DNA from: an uncultured virus (IMG/VR IMGVR_UViG_3300006116_000009)
Taxonomy: Duplodnaviria; Heunggongvirae; Uroviricota; Caudoviricetes
DNA: 64,000 bases
IMG/VR virus record: IMGVR_UViG_3300006116_000009
Strand: one strand, 5' to 3'
The notes beneath the pieces were generated by a model. It did not search any database and had not been told where the DNA came from. It saw nothing but the letters and a program-made list of their open reading frames with translations. Shown one piece after another: positions 42,701 through 49,780 of this stretch. A program made the translations under genes and the position numbers. Position 1 is the first letter of the stretch, and the number at the start of each line of letters is the position of its first letter.

Positions 42701-43972
42701 CACAGTGGTGGTTCGTACACCCTGAACGCTCGAGCCACTCGTGCTTGCCCACGTATCCAAACCAGCAACCTAAAGTCGGGCGACATTGTTTCCTTCTCGG
42801 GGCTTATGTTCCAAGCACTTACTCCGTACTTGCCCAACAGTTCATACCTTCCGCTGAACACAATGTTGCCTGTCCTTACCCAAACGGCAAATCCACTTGG
42901 TGGTGGTGCGTCTAGTTTTGCTATTCCCCAAACAACGCCTACGTTCGGTGGCGACACCATTTACTTGTTTGACCCCACTGACGACAACGCTTCTCGTGAA
43001 ATACACCGTGGCACCAATCCAAAGGGTGTGTCTTTCACCACAACAACGTTTGCCCTTGCCGGTGACAAAAACATTGTTTTGAACAATGTAAAGGGGCTGG
43101 CTGCCGGTAGTGAACTAAATATTGGTTCCGGCAACACCCAAGAACCAAACTTTGTAGATGAATCGTGGGACGGCTCAACAACTGTTGTTTTGCAAGAACC
43201 TTTGCAATTTATTCACCAGATTGGCGAATCTGTCACGGCAAACCTAACAATGATTACAGGCGGTTTTGCCAAGCGTCAAGGTATCGGAACCCCTGTAGCG
43301 GTATTCAACTGGAACAACGACGGGTACATCAACACCCCTAACACTACGTACAACTATTTGGTTCAGCGAAGTGATAATGGTGGAATCAACTACACGACGT
43401 TATACAACGCCAATAACGCCCTTGCCGATAATACGGGTGTGCTTATCCAAAACGACGTTGAGGTTGTTCCAAATGCAGTGACGTACTACCGTGTGGTTCC
43501 TTCCTTTACGGACACCCACAACAATACGGTTTCCGGTCAAAGCATCACTGGCTTGCCAGCACCCAAACTGCAAACCAATTCGTGGTGGTTGGGAAGTACA
43601 TCAGACCCTGCGTTGCGCTTCCCTGTGTTGGTGCAAAACAAGGTGTCCGAAACGCAAAAGCACCCTGTCGGCGTGTTCTACCCACTTGGCTCGTCACGCC
43701 CCATTGTCACGGCAGGCGTGGTGCAAGGTCGGGACGCAACTATCACCATTATTTGGACAGACGATGCCCATTGGCAAGACTTTATTTCACTACTCAACCT
43801 TGGTGAAACGCTGGTTCTTACCGACCCCGTTGAAGGCGAACGACGCTACATCTTTATCAACGATGATGTCAAGGTCACGCACAATTCCGGTGGTTCACCA
43901 TACCGTGAAGTATCCATTACTTACGTTGAAGCCCCACCACCCAACGGTTTTGGCTACACTTACGGTTCGTAA
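30725..43972 (+). CDS. Giant tail-tip/adhesin-like virion protein (4415 aa), C-terminus probably Dit-like
   Basis: Directly after the TMP; Thr/Ser/Gly-rich; repeated VGM.V.G.GIP.GT.I.SI modules; G.DG[NA][LI][WY] propeller repeats; C-terminal ..PLG..RP.V...VQGR....L.L.DP....Y...R.V...YVE. Confidence 0.75.
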   Translation: MKPIVAKPTTTIETNGTITVNGGSDVASALNDVTYFSTATVADSQGNVYYGNAEHVDQFFTNFTQSTQPNVGTRSLHTTVGNPNDGSSGSFAATGGDTFVYVQSVEKTTEGQMVAILEGQLPNQSIFSPQATSPDTPFSEWLEVGATGLVPATSNKQTIAPQDFPLSALMLPQGTGNISSVMSPNLSFYNPPANKAVGQFFSTNISGSYIEGNAPLPSTIGNGTVAPMYVSVSADQQSLANLRSILPDATASVFVPQRINTIVVGNTQTQVSVSQTIGFSVGQTLTVSFELVTADKPVPSGWNCGKITSIDTVNNVIYTDLNILSAYNAEYITGVDERNFILPKNNVGFSAQTSNNTTYCLVPYPTTGLIPGMTVADITNPSKLSPTTFVESVGGSFFYLSSPTIGSINHDELVATGTSISANLSWSSGTTDLVGTVPYGTPYVGMYVIGNGIPAGSTITSISGSGTLTIVISNTTTDAGYGGEISSCVYDLTPSGGYYGTFATTALISNGSVLMSPVSQVQGSLLSGMNVGHDFDVVPLPYGTHINNPHGVEDAFVSGQSVTFAGTFASGTTVINVSSTTLSNGYSSSGMYGLSIGQVLKSNSYFPHGTSIIGMDTTAGTITVSHQWTGASSGTANFTTEPMYAQTFSLVGTTTSGSSVVSIADTNPSQSSAFYGLMLGTVISTGQLKNAKYTVVGINTTNGTITLSKTWSDTAGKQTLYGYNGYVYLSSPATNSGKYVFTVNYQISTAYAFGATIEGVTTRLNMDGGVSYDCKFFSAPYVSIDSYNNPNYGQMLILPVKPISVSSSPIANAIDVATIGTNNNFVSGSEKYANVFQSSTFVATFTSGSTSVTGVTSVKGTIREGSQLFVKGGSTGNLVKAGTQTGILTVASVSSDGTALTLAENYEQAGGGSSTLQIVATPPIQVADLKGISIGQAYASDSTTIAVSGTYYAPAVAGVEFAVGSDFYETYQVVDYPVYFTGDTSFNSAVITNIPSTQGLLVGMVVTGANLPNGTVIQSIDTANQITLSALATSSSTLTTFSTNYYNVYLGEYVAGTTDVFNGYQISQPDSYNTRVVLGEAVVGGSFYGTSAIYTMSVDSTTNLSVAPQKNWYGAIFTNQNGIVNVSESAISDIKIGDAVVLPYSVVGNNPESLNGYTNAFVSSIVSGGIVNGENVYTVFLEDNNGQPFPISYAPADGTIYGSINGIFSNYTPQYLYNQSRLVCLEINSITNKALMWAVDKPLPVGGKFVNTTTYSNGNNQNAIYPIVDTVPIASAFTTPTLDKFGAGVIALRGNINGNHSTGTAVASYDEGNRYFGSTTVGDLEVLSPTNIGSLFGTTLYNAVSKGSTTATLAPLSNTVNGTYTNLDQYGNLATQGFPITTGTSLKNCTVYSGNTYITVTWNSDPTLGSRPSVGWLVTGAGIPKNTFVTYVRGTEIGISNAALNTAVDTATFTFVPEVFGVMVVGTGDNQESVVFSLNYAFTSGQSVGNTTSPAVFQLASGQSFVYPHAAGEPVFVPNIKTNGFANFHAKEAPILGGADNADGTEGLSHVVADNTNGQVATTSTFTIGLTPVMIPVGNNNNPTTSATLAQGHSAGETSIVITTPTGFPDAYKNPYPTTNFLPPELGRLAGYTSTGTTVISVVVTDGPIPNSSFAIRIGTDNYYVQSATPSVLVDSLNAYDFTLLSPTTFFYYDGTPVHLVYLDTNSTYNKLYVPKFYLNRSFTGVLTAGSAVITSVVGSQPTTGIGAVYTTTGGTGGTNTLTSFSSPPQVGMKIYGDAAVQENTVILSYDNGTDTAVLSKPFTQNTASGSLWAAYEVQGEGIPAGAFIYEAPGDGTITLKYFTTSYGSSAQLAPAAISGTYTVNLNVGMPVSVGNTPPSGFTTLYTTPIMATIFSGTVISLSSPSGTDYVTVSADATVGSTSISIHPYTPTYAHDCASVSNGILTYFTTGVLGAGTICSYGLSAELVKGDPIVLNNGNGTTIALSVAQTPSANSTGILVEPFAPNYAYDSNPIGYTFSGTVVSGSNVLTTTSGPLQIGQQVFDGSGNNVFNGVSAFVQSVSTTTVTMGGGTTYYGGLENMVVGGDGNLYGFSNTGSVGIFKISPTGVVENFFPSGTYYFSNVYQSACAGSDGAIWYYSEYGTLLVRMSYSGDFTTYSTPWPTYQNGSLCLGPDGNLWTSGAGGAGYTSPTVYKVSTSGTFTAVPLIGDSITSVGNNIVSDGTYLYVADNNGTQRLLRWDTGGNASAHGVISGSVALLGNIAYDGTHIWMLGATGGQLTVASVDSSGTVTYYYDTTLTTGVSSGAMQWFYGFLVFNINNNIYIANIASFTSGSFTSEFLAPVSGELNFYCDNTNNIFWSWTGNSPTCELVGQPASGATITISPFFYNTESITEWLLNLSTSSVSDQSDISFYTNGTSIIAPPVYNLNDGDQTEQIIPSSLPTVLNPDPTFTLTLAKPLVRSHNRNSSISFYQKPVAQPGDTVYSPDTKALEMFTGSSWISSEISSVQIRHAVQGSLNGNDKVTTELLDTATQERAPLDVFGQISNTKSSTKHTVRSSGKRSAKPNGKKWNVEDLFNLGIVVASTTPAGHKTKHRSVHGVVVTRPKARITSLYLAPSNNVIFVQDSGGNYSTASHNGYTINWIYYDGIKTTAPVGYEVKIYDSQTASQTGFSPNNSTPKPIVDSVSKNPGTSFAINYQDGYVNGGTYIAYVRAIKQQEAKTSYTDWVSTAFTVTFVQPLPPIVAVWNDTSTATNVLSIQASDNLFSADNGAFAGTIGGWAITQQDQVDSTVELGIVGSVLGEDVVAGKTYTSIAVGSHGNVTARGALAGTGTGVFSLTGSSVAGTVSALSFTGNFTAGSNVVTGIQVPSGTEIPTTWCVVTPEFPAQTQLISVTQSSTTYVSATSVTYSFTFNKPAETSGTQTFLINAPIATDAVGFPLPGQTYWVTIGSEDLLVETLPDGNGQSNTIKIHQRGYNGTTPTPHAKGATVVYGLQEDIYAGYAGNIVFNYQATQVLKNVAGLVLVGDVPAVLPSTTTAKDVTSKIADLPIYVPSKQADTTLNLDNNDNIIYVVAQQHGVQVGDAVVLSVSDPLMLSSTGNLVPNPNPKPRKFPANPSGTFTVTAVKPAVAHLQIGSSTDSTVKSGYVTHSGTGGAYNSYPTLATVPHRFPAKNAVYNPESKTVHFQTLANGSTFNTVKQQNYKDVLGKQAPVTPKAGDQITIISPSWDASYAVDALKHGATFGHAYNYPTWIYTFLKGVGVTNRSLETLESLARMSHAEGVYLGGEAASYNWLNCSVSSSQWSPSGAPNAGTFKPVTIGTWSGKASIISGTTPASVNIPAFQSATDGANANAAFMLVDQTFGYKYIIQALQNPTGFSLPGMPVSSNPYAVVSSAFAWHPGSWGTGTGICKITAVSGNSITYQGVNGFVGGVISDAQYVAGYDFDFSGRIVGASTGHFTFDHVVGTLEVGKYILVGNDFYNTVHPTSSIALTSTQNGFTPDTSTTPPYVKQNVQATFTLAQDWNPYTNSKDPVTGQPLSTIVLNTPNGYASFGEFAFAVQDNGVVQQHVYIPGGNTQIKWTPSIDVKDPQYPYSQILEVTLSAGVSAVIPKDQVLHENDKATFYNTTPGKVVNNPGTPDKPAHRVAGNEVIPPAKYTFSEPFKVGFNETPSTVNAQVGWWDGSSFEQIHTNGTYNGAGTSYFYNALFTIPHIDVDSVVYSAGLDVGTTVTNSYSSGSGYVMYFGGTTGYATITDTGTTYVTAQTISVLAPNAFIIPKGRTSVPVVPFQPRRSFDRRIAVTFQIPTPFGANALKVTSNGSGISDLSIHSSTSLNNQNSIPVNTGQTYGFAGFGSPVNISLNDNIDPAFKLLIDWYDEANNYLRTSDGTESIVTGNSQSFNTNVTLPSSNFSGLNWKPNAIAAKAPVVAVMADAVYTPLDPHHPSKEGYFTSVIPAFLSLSQGTAITVDGVANGVTSKASDVGDTIYIKFPNNNGPKHSGGSYTLNARATRACPRIQTSNLKSGDIVSFSGLMFQALTPYLPNSSYLPLNTMLPVLTQTANPLGGGASSFAIPQTTPTFGGDTIYLFDPTDDNASREIHRGTNPKGVSFTTTTFALAGDKNIVLNNVKGLAAGSELNIGSGNTQEPNFVDESWDGSTTVVLQEPLQFIHQIGESVTANLTMITGGFAKRQGIGTPVAVFNWNNDGYINTPNTTYNYLVQRSDNGGINYTTLYNANNALADNTGVLIQNDVEVVPNAVTYYRVVPSFTDTHNNTVSGQSITGLPAPKLQTNSWWLGSTSDPALRFPVLVQNKVSETQKHPVGVFYPLGSSRPIVTAGVVQGRDATITIIWTDDAHWQDFISLLNLGETLVLTDPVEGERRYIFINDDVKVTHNSGGSPYREVSITYVEAPPPNGFGYTYGS

Positions 43973-43974
43973 CT

Positions 43975-45717
43975 ATGTATACCAAATCCACACAAAAATT
44001 TCGTGACAGCCTAAAGACAACTCACCGACCAATGGTGATTGTCAAAGTTGTAAGTGTCAATGGCGTGGTGACTAACATTCCAGTTGTTGGCGGAACCGTC
44101 ACGGCTGACCGCACTTCGCAAGACTTCCGACGTACTTGTGAAATCACTATAAACAGCCTGTACGTTAAGCAACCAGATGGCACTATTGCCAACATGGTGC
44201 CAATGAATGACTACGACCCCTTAAACATTTACGGAAATCACCTATACGTCTATCGTGGCATTGTTTGGAATATTGACCATGTAGAAGAAACGGGTTTGTA
44301 TAAAGCCAAAGCCCCGTTGTCCGACGAATACTTGCGACCAGCCAATGGAGCATACGAACTTGTGCCTCTGGGCGTATTTCGCATTAACACGGTAAAACTT
44401 AGTGAAAGCACCGATGGCAACGCCCAAATAACAGTTAGTGGAACAGACGTTAGTAATAACATTGCAAAAAACCACTGGACTGAACCTGTTACCATTTGGA
44501 AGGTTGGCTATACGCCACCCGTCGTAGCGCCATCATCGTCAGACGTAGGTAATTCAGCAGCACAGGCGTACTATCCACAACAACAGACATACACCTTGCC
44601 TAATAAGTACGGCAATTTTACATTTGCTTCTGCGGGAATTCAAGAAGCCATCAAGTTGTTGATTTATGACCGTTGGCCCAATAATCCGGCATTATGGCCC
44701 CTTTCGGAAGATTCATTTGATTTCAGTGGTGTCCAAGACGTACCATTACAAACTCCCATAATTATGGGTTCCCACACTGTTTCCAATTCAGGGTCGAACA
44801 GCCCGTGGACAGACATTTCTAGTTTGGCAGCGGCTATTGGTGGTGGAATCGGTGAACTATTTGTGGACGTTGAGGGAAAATTCAAACTTACAGCAGTTGC
44901 TGACCCCAATGCAGTTCCGCCCGTATGGGATTTCCTTGATGGCGATAACCACCAACAAGGTGGGCTTCTTACAAATATCAGCCGTACAATTACGGACTCC
45001 AAAGCCGTGAACTTTGTTATTGCCACTGGTGAAAGCATTACCCTAAACCAACCGTTCAAAGCAGTCGCAGCCGACACTGACCCAACATCACCAACGTATG
45101 TAAATGGTCCGTTTGGACGTGTTGTTGGATACGAACCAGGTCGCAAACTTCTCACCACATTGGCGCAAGTGAAATCCGCTGCCGAAACATTTTTGGGTTG
45201 GTTTGCCGGTGGTGACGACCAATTGGTTATCCACGGTGTTGTCAATCCGCTTCTTGACGTTCAGGATGTGGTGCGTGTTCGCCGTAAGCGATTGGGTGTC
45301 TATAACCCTTATGAAGTAGTTGCCGAGGTGAAAACACGTCTAGACAGCAAAACGTCATACACAATGATTCCCGTCCTTCCGCTTCTAAATGACATTCCAG
45401 CAAACAAAACACTTATTATCAAAACAGGCTGGGTTAGCCAACAAGTTATTACCACCCAAATTGCCAAAGTTGGCGACCAATTATTGTACGTACAACCATT
45501 TACTCCTCAATCAACGTTCGTGGTGAACACAAACATTTTTGACCCCACCGTTGTTAGTAATGACGGGGCGGTCAATTTTTACATTGACAAAATTGTTATC
45601 CCCCTTGACGTAACTACTGATAGTGAAATAACTATGCGTGAGCGCCGAGTTGGTACACGCAAGGACGCTATTCGTATTGCCGAATACTCGCAGGTGGACC
45701 CCAATGCAGGTATCTAA
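43975..45717 (+). CDS. Minor tail protein (hub/Tal-like)
   Basis: S.KF...L...H...IPV.GG.VT.DR....RR.C; VPLGVFRI; N.VIA.GE...A.D.DP.SPTY..GPFG; NP.L...DVV, as in actinophage minor tail proteins. Confidence 0.78.
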   Translation: MYTKSTQKFRDSLKTTHRPMVIVKVVSVNGVVTNIPVVGGTVTADRTSQDFRRTCEITINSLYVKQPDGTIANMVPMNDYDPLNIYGNHLYVYRGIVWNIDHVEETGLYKAKAPLSDEYLRPANGAYELVPLGVFRINTVKLSESTDGNAQITVSGTDVSNNIAKNHWTEPVTIWKVGYTPPVVAPSSSDVGNSAAQAYYPQQQTYTLPNKYGNFTFASAGIQEAIKLLIYDRWPNNPALWPLSEDSFDFSGVQDVPLQTPIIMGSHTVSNSGSNSPWTDISSLAAAIGGGIGELFVDVEGKFKLTAVADPNAVPPVWDFLDGDNHQQGGLLTNISRTITDSKAVNFVIATGESITLNQPFKAVAADTDPTSPTYVNGPFGRVVGYEPGRKLLTTLAQVKSAAETFLGWFAGGDDQLVIHGVVNPLLDVQDVVRVRRKRLGVYNPYEVVAEVKTRLDSKTSYTMIPVLPLLNDIPANKTLIIKTGWVSQQVITTQIAKVGDQLLYVQPFTPQSTFVVNTNIFDPTVVSNDGAVNFYIDKIVIPLDVTTDSEITMRERRVGTRKDAIRIAEYSQVDPNAGI

Positions 45718-46696
45718 CTACAACCAACAGCCAGACCCAGGTGCGCCGCCACCGTTTGATTACCGTGACCTTGTAAATGCAATGGTCAATAACGGGCAAA
45801 TGGTTTTACCACCACAGGCAGTTGAGCGTCTTGGCATTATCGCCGGATATGACCCTACGTTCAATTTAGGAAAAACTGACCAAAACGGAACCGCACAATC
45901 CCCTTCATATTCTTTCACCTCAGCGGAAAATAACAACAACGCTTCCCTTGATTCCATTCCTTACCCAGCGGTAAGCGTGTTTCTTTCTGGTGATAGTTAC
46001 GCTATCCACGGGTGCCGATACGACAAATCGTATAAACCCCACATGGGTGAAGCGGTACGTTGCTTGGTGTACGGCACCGAAGTGTTTGTGGTTGGTGCCG
46101 CTGCTGGAAATGTGACTAATACCGTCACGGGTACAAAAGTAAATCCCGACGGTTCCACTAGCCCCATTACAACTGCCGTACCTATCGGCGGTGTTGTTTC
46201 CAATGAAGGTAAAAACGTTGGCAACGTCAATTTTGTATTTAATTCATCCCGTTTGCAATCGTCACCCAGCACCACAATTTTGCCAGCATCGCTTATTACA
46301 CAAATGCTTCCAAACCGTCATTACAGTATTTCAGTAAACGTTGTGTATTCCATTACTTGGCTACCAGTAGGGACAATTTCCACCTATGTGTACTTTGCAC
46401 TTATTGGCCCAAAGGGTGACATTCCCTTGAACAAAAATACATACACCACAATGCCAAATAGCACATACCCCGAAGTATTTAATGCCACGGTCAGCACATG
46501 GGACTCACCTAAAGGTGTTTTGAAAACTACAGAATGGGAATCTAAGTATCCCCATAATCAGTTTACGTGGCAGGTAAAAATGGTAGCGCATTGCGATGGT
46601 CTTTACGGCCCACTTGGCCCACCAGAAATTACTTTCACGGCAGGCAGTAGCCCTAATTTCACTATAAACATCACGGACAACGGCAACGTTTCATAA
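45704..46696 (+). CDS. Minor tail protein
   Basis: Y..SY.P..G..V..L..G....V.G OB-fold spike-like N-region; follows the hub gene. Confidence 0.55.
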   Translation: MQVSNYNQQPDPGAPPPFDYRDLVNAMVNNGQMVLPPQAVERLGIIAGYDPTFNLGKTDQNGTAQSPSYSFTSAENNNNASLDSIPYPAVSVFLSGDSYAIHGCRYDKSYKPHMGEAVRCLVYGTEVFVVGAAAGNVTNTVTGTKVNPDGSTSPITTAVPIGGVVSNEGKNVGNVNFVFNSSRLQSSPSTTILPASLITQMLPNRHYSISVNVVYSITWLPVGTISTYVYFALIGPKGDIPLNKNTYTTMPNSTYPEVFNATVSTWDSPKGVLKTTEWESKYPHNQFTWQVKMVAHCDGLYGPLGPPEITFTAGSSPNFTINITDNGNVS

Positions 46697-46731
46697 AAGT
46701 AGTTTTGGAAAACTTGACCTAAGATTAGGGC

Positions 46732-47073
46732 ATGGCATCGTCCAACCCTTATGTTCTAGCAGCACTTATCAGTGCAATTCCGGCGACCCTTGGTGCGTGT
46801 GCTGCTTGGTATTCAGCACATAAGGGACGTATCGAGGGACACAGCGATACAGACAAAATCAGCCATCAAGTAGACCAAGTAAATGAAAAACTGAACCAAG
46901 TAGAAACCCGTTTTGAAAGAATTGACACACATTTTGCCCGTTTAGACCTACGGCTGGACTCAATTGAGGATAAGGTAGAAAGGCATCTCGGTTGGCATCG
47001 TGCCGAAGCCGAAGTGCATCTACCACAAATGTTCTCAAAGGAGATTACGAATGGCAGACCAGACGGTCAATAA
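46732..47073 (+). CDS. Membrane protein with coiled coil (holin-like/lysis module)
   Basis: N-terminal TM helix, heptad coiled coil, ends H...H. Confidence 0.55.
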   Translation: MASSNPYVLAALISAIPATLGACAAWYSAHKGRIEGHSDTDKISHQVDQVNEKLNQVETRFERIDTHFARLDLRLDSIEDKVERHLGWHRAEAEVHLPQMFSKEITNGRPDGQ

Positions 47074-47359
47074 CAGCAGTACCCCTGTGACCACCCACAA
47101 CCCTGTAGACGAGTTCGGTCTTGAGGTTGTTCGCTACGTCACCCCAATCCTTGTTGGTTGGTTCATCACCCTTGGTGCTAAGGCTGGCTTCCACCTGACC
47201 ACCGCCGAGGCATACCAGCGTGTGTTCCCTTTTGTTTCATCGGGCTACTTCGTTATCGTGCGCTACTTGGAATCAAAGGTTCCCGAGTTTGGTCGCTTGC
47301 TTGGTATCAAGGCTACGAAGCCTGTCGTATCTACGGGTGTCACCAGCACCACTAAGTAG
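47051..47359 (+). CDS. Putative holin
   Basis: AAGGAG SD; VR...P..VG...TM...Y...VR.LE...P..G.LLG....P, an actinophage holin-like pattern. Confidence 0.65.
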   Translation: MADQTVNNSSTPVTTHNPVDEFGLEVVRYVTPILVGWFITLGAKAGFHLTTAEAYQRVFPFVSSGYFVIVRYLESKVPEFGRLLGIKATKPVVSTGVTSTTK

Positions 47360-47415
47360 TGCTACCGTTGGGGCTGAACCCCGACAAGAGTTCATGCCCA
47401 CCTAGGTAGGCGTAA

Positions 47416-47458
47416 CAAAACCCCTAGCCTTTCCAAAACGGATTGGCTAGGGGTTTTG
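47416..47458. terminator. Bidirectional intrinsic terminator between convergent late and early genes
   Basis: CAAAACCCCTAGCC...GGCTAGGGGTTTTG. Confidence 0.8.
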
Positions 47459-47578
47459 CTTTATCCAATCACCAACCGTTCCTCACGATTAGTCGGGGAT
47501 TGGAATGACGGCACAGTGGGCAAGGGGGCGGATAACAACCGAATGGTTAGTTTCCCTTACCCACCGTGACGAACTTGG

Positions 47579-48157
47579 TTAGTCGTTCACCTTGACGGTG
47601 GTAGACACGCCACCCTCGACGAACGACAGCCCCTCAATTACTTCGCCGGTGGCTGGGTCAACAACACCAGCGTCGCTAAGGTCTACGACCTTTTTGATGG
47701 TGGCGATGTCAGCCTCACGCTTGACACGAACCCACTCGGCGTGACCGTTAGCGTCAGCCCAAGCAAGGAACGCCTCGAGGTCTTCGACAGCAACCTTTGG
47801 CTGGGTGGCACGGCTTGACACCGTACCGTCAGGGAAGTCCAACGACTTACGACCATCAGCCTCGTTCTCACGAACGGTCATCAGGTAGTCGCCAAGGATA
47901 CGGTCAAAGTAATCAACCGTTGCCTTGTTGTCAGTGGTGTTGGCTTCGACCCAAGCGTTGATACGGTCAATCTCGACCTGTGCCTGTGCCTTTACTGCGT
48001 CAATGCGACGCTGAGCCTGAGCCAAACGACGCATAGCCCACAAAGCCTCGTCGTCGTTCGTAATGCTGAACGCACCATCGGCTTCTACAAACCCTTGGGG
48101 CTGACCGGCTTGCGCCAGAAAATCCTCAAGGCTTACATCAACAATGTCCTGCGACAT
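47579..48157 (-). CDS. gam: Mu Gam-like host-nuclease inhibitor
   Basis: F.IT.D.EA.WAMR.L..., coiled coil, RKS...P.G.V..R...P...VRVK.E.D...IKK...DP.TGEVI.G. Confidence 0.75.
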   Translation of the reverse strand: MSQDIVDVSLEDFLAQAGQPQGFVEADGAFSITNDDEALWAMRRLAQAQRRIDAVKAQAQVEIDRINAWVEANTTDNKATVDYFDRILGDYLMTVRENEADGRKSLDFPDGTVSSRATQPKVAVEDLEAFLAWADANGHAEWVRVKREADIATIKKVVDLSDAGVVDPATGEVIEGLSFVEGGVSTTVKVND

Positions 48158-48237
48158 TTTGTATTCCTTTCATCAGTTGGTTAGGTACTACTGTACTACG
48201 GTATGTATCTTACTACGCCGGTGCGACACAATGCAAA

Positions 48238-48783
48238 TCAAACATTGGTCAAAACTTTGTCGGCGCACTTGGTTAGTGCGTCAATCAACTTTGAAGCCTT
48301 AGCCTTAGATGCCTTAGCCTCGTCTACCTGCGCTAGCAGTTCGGGTGACACATCCTTCTTCTTTAGCAACGAGGACATGAAACCAATCTGCTTGGCGCTG
48401 GCAGGCTCGACGTTAGCAACCGATGCGGTCACCTTCGGCTCGACCTCACGGCTCGCCTTCGCTTCAGCAAAGGACTTGAACAGTGCGTCCAAACTTTCCT
48501 TCAGGTCAGCGATGGCGTAGGAGACGGTAGCGATGTTGTAGGGAACGCTGTGACGGCTCCTGCCACCGTCCTTGGCGAGGGAAGCCTCGTGGCGCTCAGC
48601 CTGCTCCTTCAACTGTGGGAACTTCTTGGCACGCTCGATGAGCGACTTGGCGTAAGCAATGGACTTGGCGCTGGCACGGTGACCAAACTCGAAGTCCGCC
48701 TGCTCGTCCTCGTGGCGGAGTTCGTACTCCAATTCACGGTGCTTCTCAAAACTAAAACCACGTCCACTACGGTCAAACGACAT
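48238..48783 (-). CDS. Hypothetical early protein with two AS.K.I...L modules
   Basis: AGGAG SD; RASAKSIAYAKSL...SYAIADL and PASAKQIGFMSSL...SKLIDAL. Confidence 0.7.
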   Translation of the reverse strand: MSFDRSGRGFSFEKHRELEYELRHEDEQADFEFGHRASAKSIAYAKSLIERAKKFPQLKEQAERHEASLAKDGGRSRHSVPYNIATVSYAIADLKESLDALFKSFAEAKASREVEPKVTASVANVEPASAKQIGFMSSLLKKKDVSPELLAQVDEAKASKAKASKLIDALTKCADKVLTNV

Positions 48784-48867
48784 TCTGTTCTCCTAGTCAG
48801 TTGCTAAATCACTACACTTGCATTGTGCCACACCGTTGTGACACAATGCAAGTTTTTCTTGATAGAA

Positions 48868-49236
48868 CTACATGAATTCCAAAGTGGCTTTGTCTTCACA
48901 CGCTTCTTCAAGGGCGACAATGAAGTCCTTGGTAGCGTCCAACCACTCGCTTTCGGCAAGGTCATCAAGCAAGCCACGCAAGCGACGTGCAAGTCGCCCA
49001 GCATTGTCGGGCAAGATGAATCCGTCGCAGTCGCTGTGTTGCAAGACAAACGCAAGTGGGTCAGCCGGTTGCACAGCCCAGATGCCCATAACCTCATCGT
49101 CAGTCGGGTTGGCAGTTGTACGCCAGTCGCCCACACCGGCGGCCTTAGCAATGGCATCACGCCAATTGCCAAAGCCACTGTAGGACGATGACCAGACGAA
49201 CTGGTCGCTAAAGGTGTTGAAGATTGACAGACCCAT
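48868..49236 (-). CDS. Hypothetical early protein
   Basis: MGL...SYSGF..WR..IA...HSDCDG; TAATG overlap with the upstream gene. Confidence 0.7.
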   Translation of the reverse strand: MGLSIFNTFSDQFVWSSSYSGFGNWRDAIAKAAGVGDWRTTANPTDDEVMGIWAVQPADPLAFVLQHSDCDGFILPDNAGRLARRLRGLLDDLAESEWLDATKDFIVALEEACEDKATLEFM

Positions 49237-49601
49237 TAGAGCCACCCTGCCTTTTCCAAGTAGTAGTTTTCGATGTCAGCGTCAAGGGCTTGCTGTTCAG
49301 CCATCAGTGCTTCCATCTCGGCATCACTGAAGTCCTCGGGCTTAGGAAGCACGTAGGACTTGCTGGCGAACAAAGACAGCATTGACACTGCAAGGTCGAA
49401 CTGCGTGTCATCATCAGCGATGACCCCGAAAGCCGACTGCGTGACACGGATAGCGTTCACCGCCAATTCCTTGTCGGGGAACGTAATGCTTGCCGTTGCA
49501 CCGTTGATGGATACAGACACGGAGACAATCCCGTTCTCAACGACACCGGACAACACTGGCGTATCAACACCAGCGTATGCGTTCAAAATTCCAAACTCCA
49601 T
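49236..49601 (-). CDS. Hypothetical early protein
   Basis: AGAAAGG SD and conserved leader. Confidence 0.65.
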   Translation of the reverse strand: MEFGILNAYAGVDTPVLSGVVENGIVSVSVSINGATASITFPDKELAVNAIRVTQSAFGVIADDDTQFDLAVSMLSLFASKSYVLPKPEDFSDAEMEALMAEQQALDADIENYYLEKAGWL

Positions 49602-49780
49602 TTTTGACTACCTTTCTAATCAGTTGCTAAATCACTACGAAATGACCTTACCATAGTTTAGTTCCGTTGCGCAAATTATTTCTAGAAATCTTTTTCTAAC
49701 CATTAGTGGACAGGGGTGTAGCCCGTATGGTAAGATACGTGTCTTGTAATTGTTATTGTTATAGAAAGTGATGGAACTAG

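Noticed and set aside
48823..49191. Plus-strand ORFs over the early region
   Set aside because: Antisense to minus-strand genes that have SD sequences, promoters and conserved leaders
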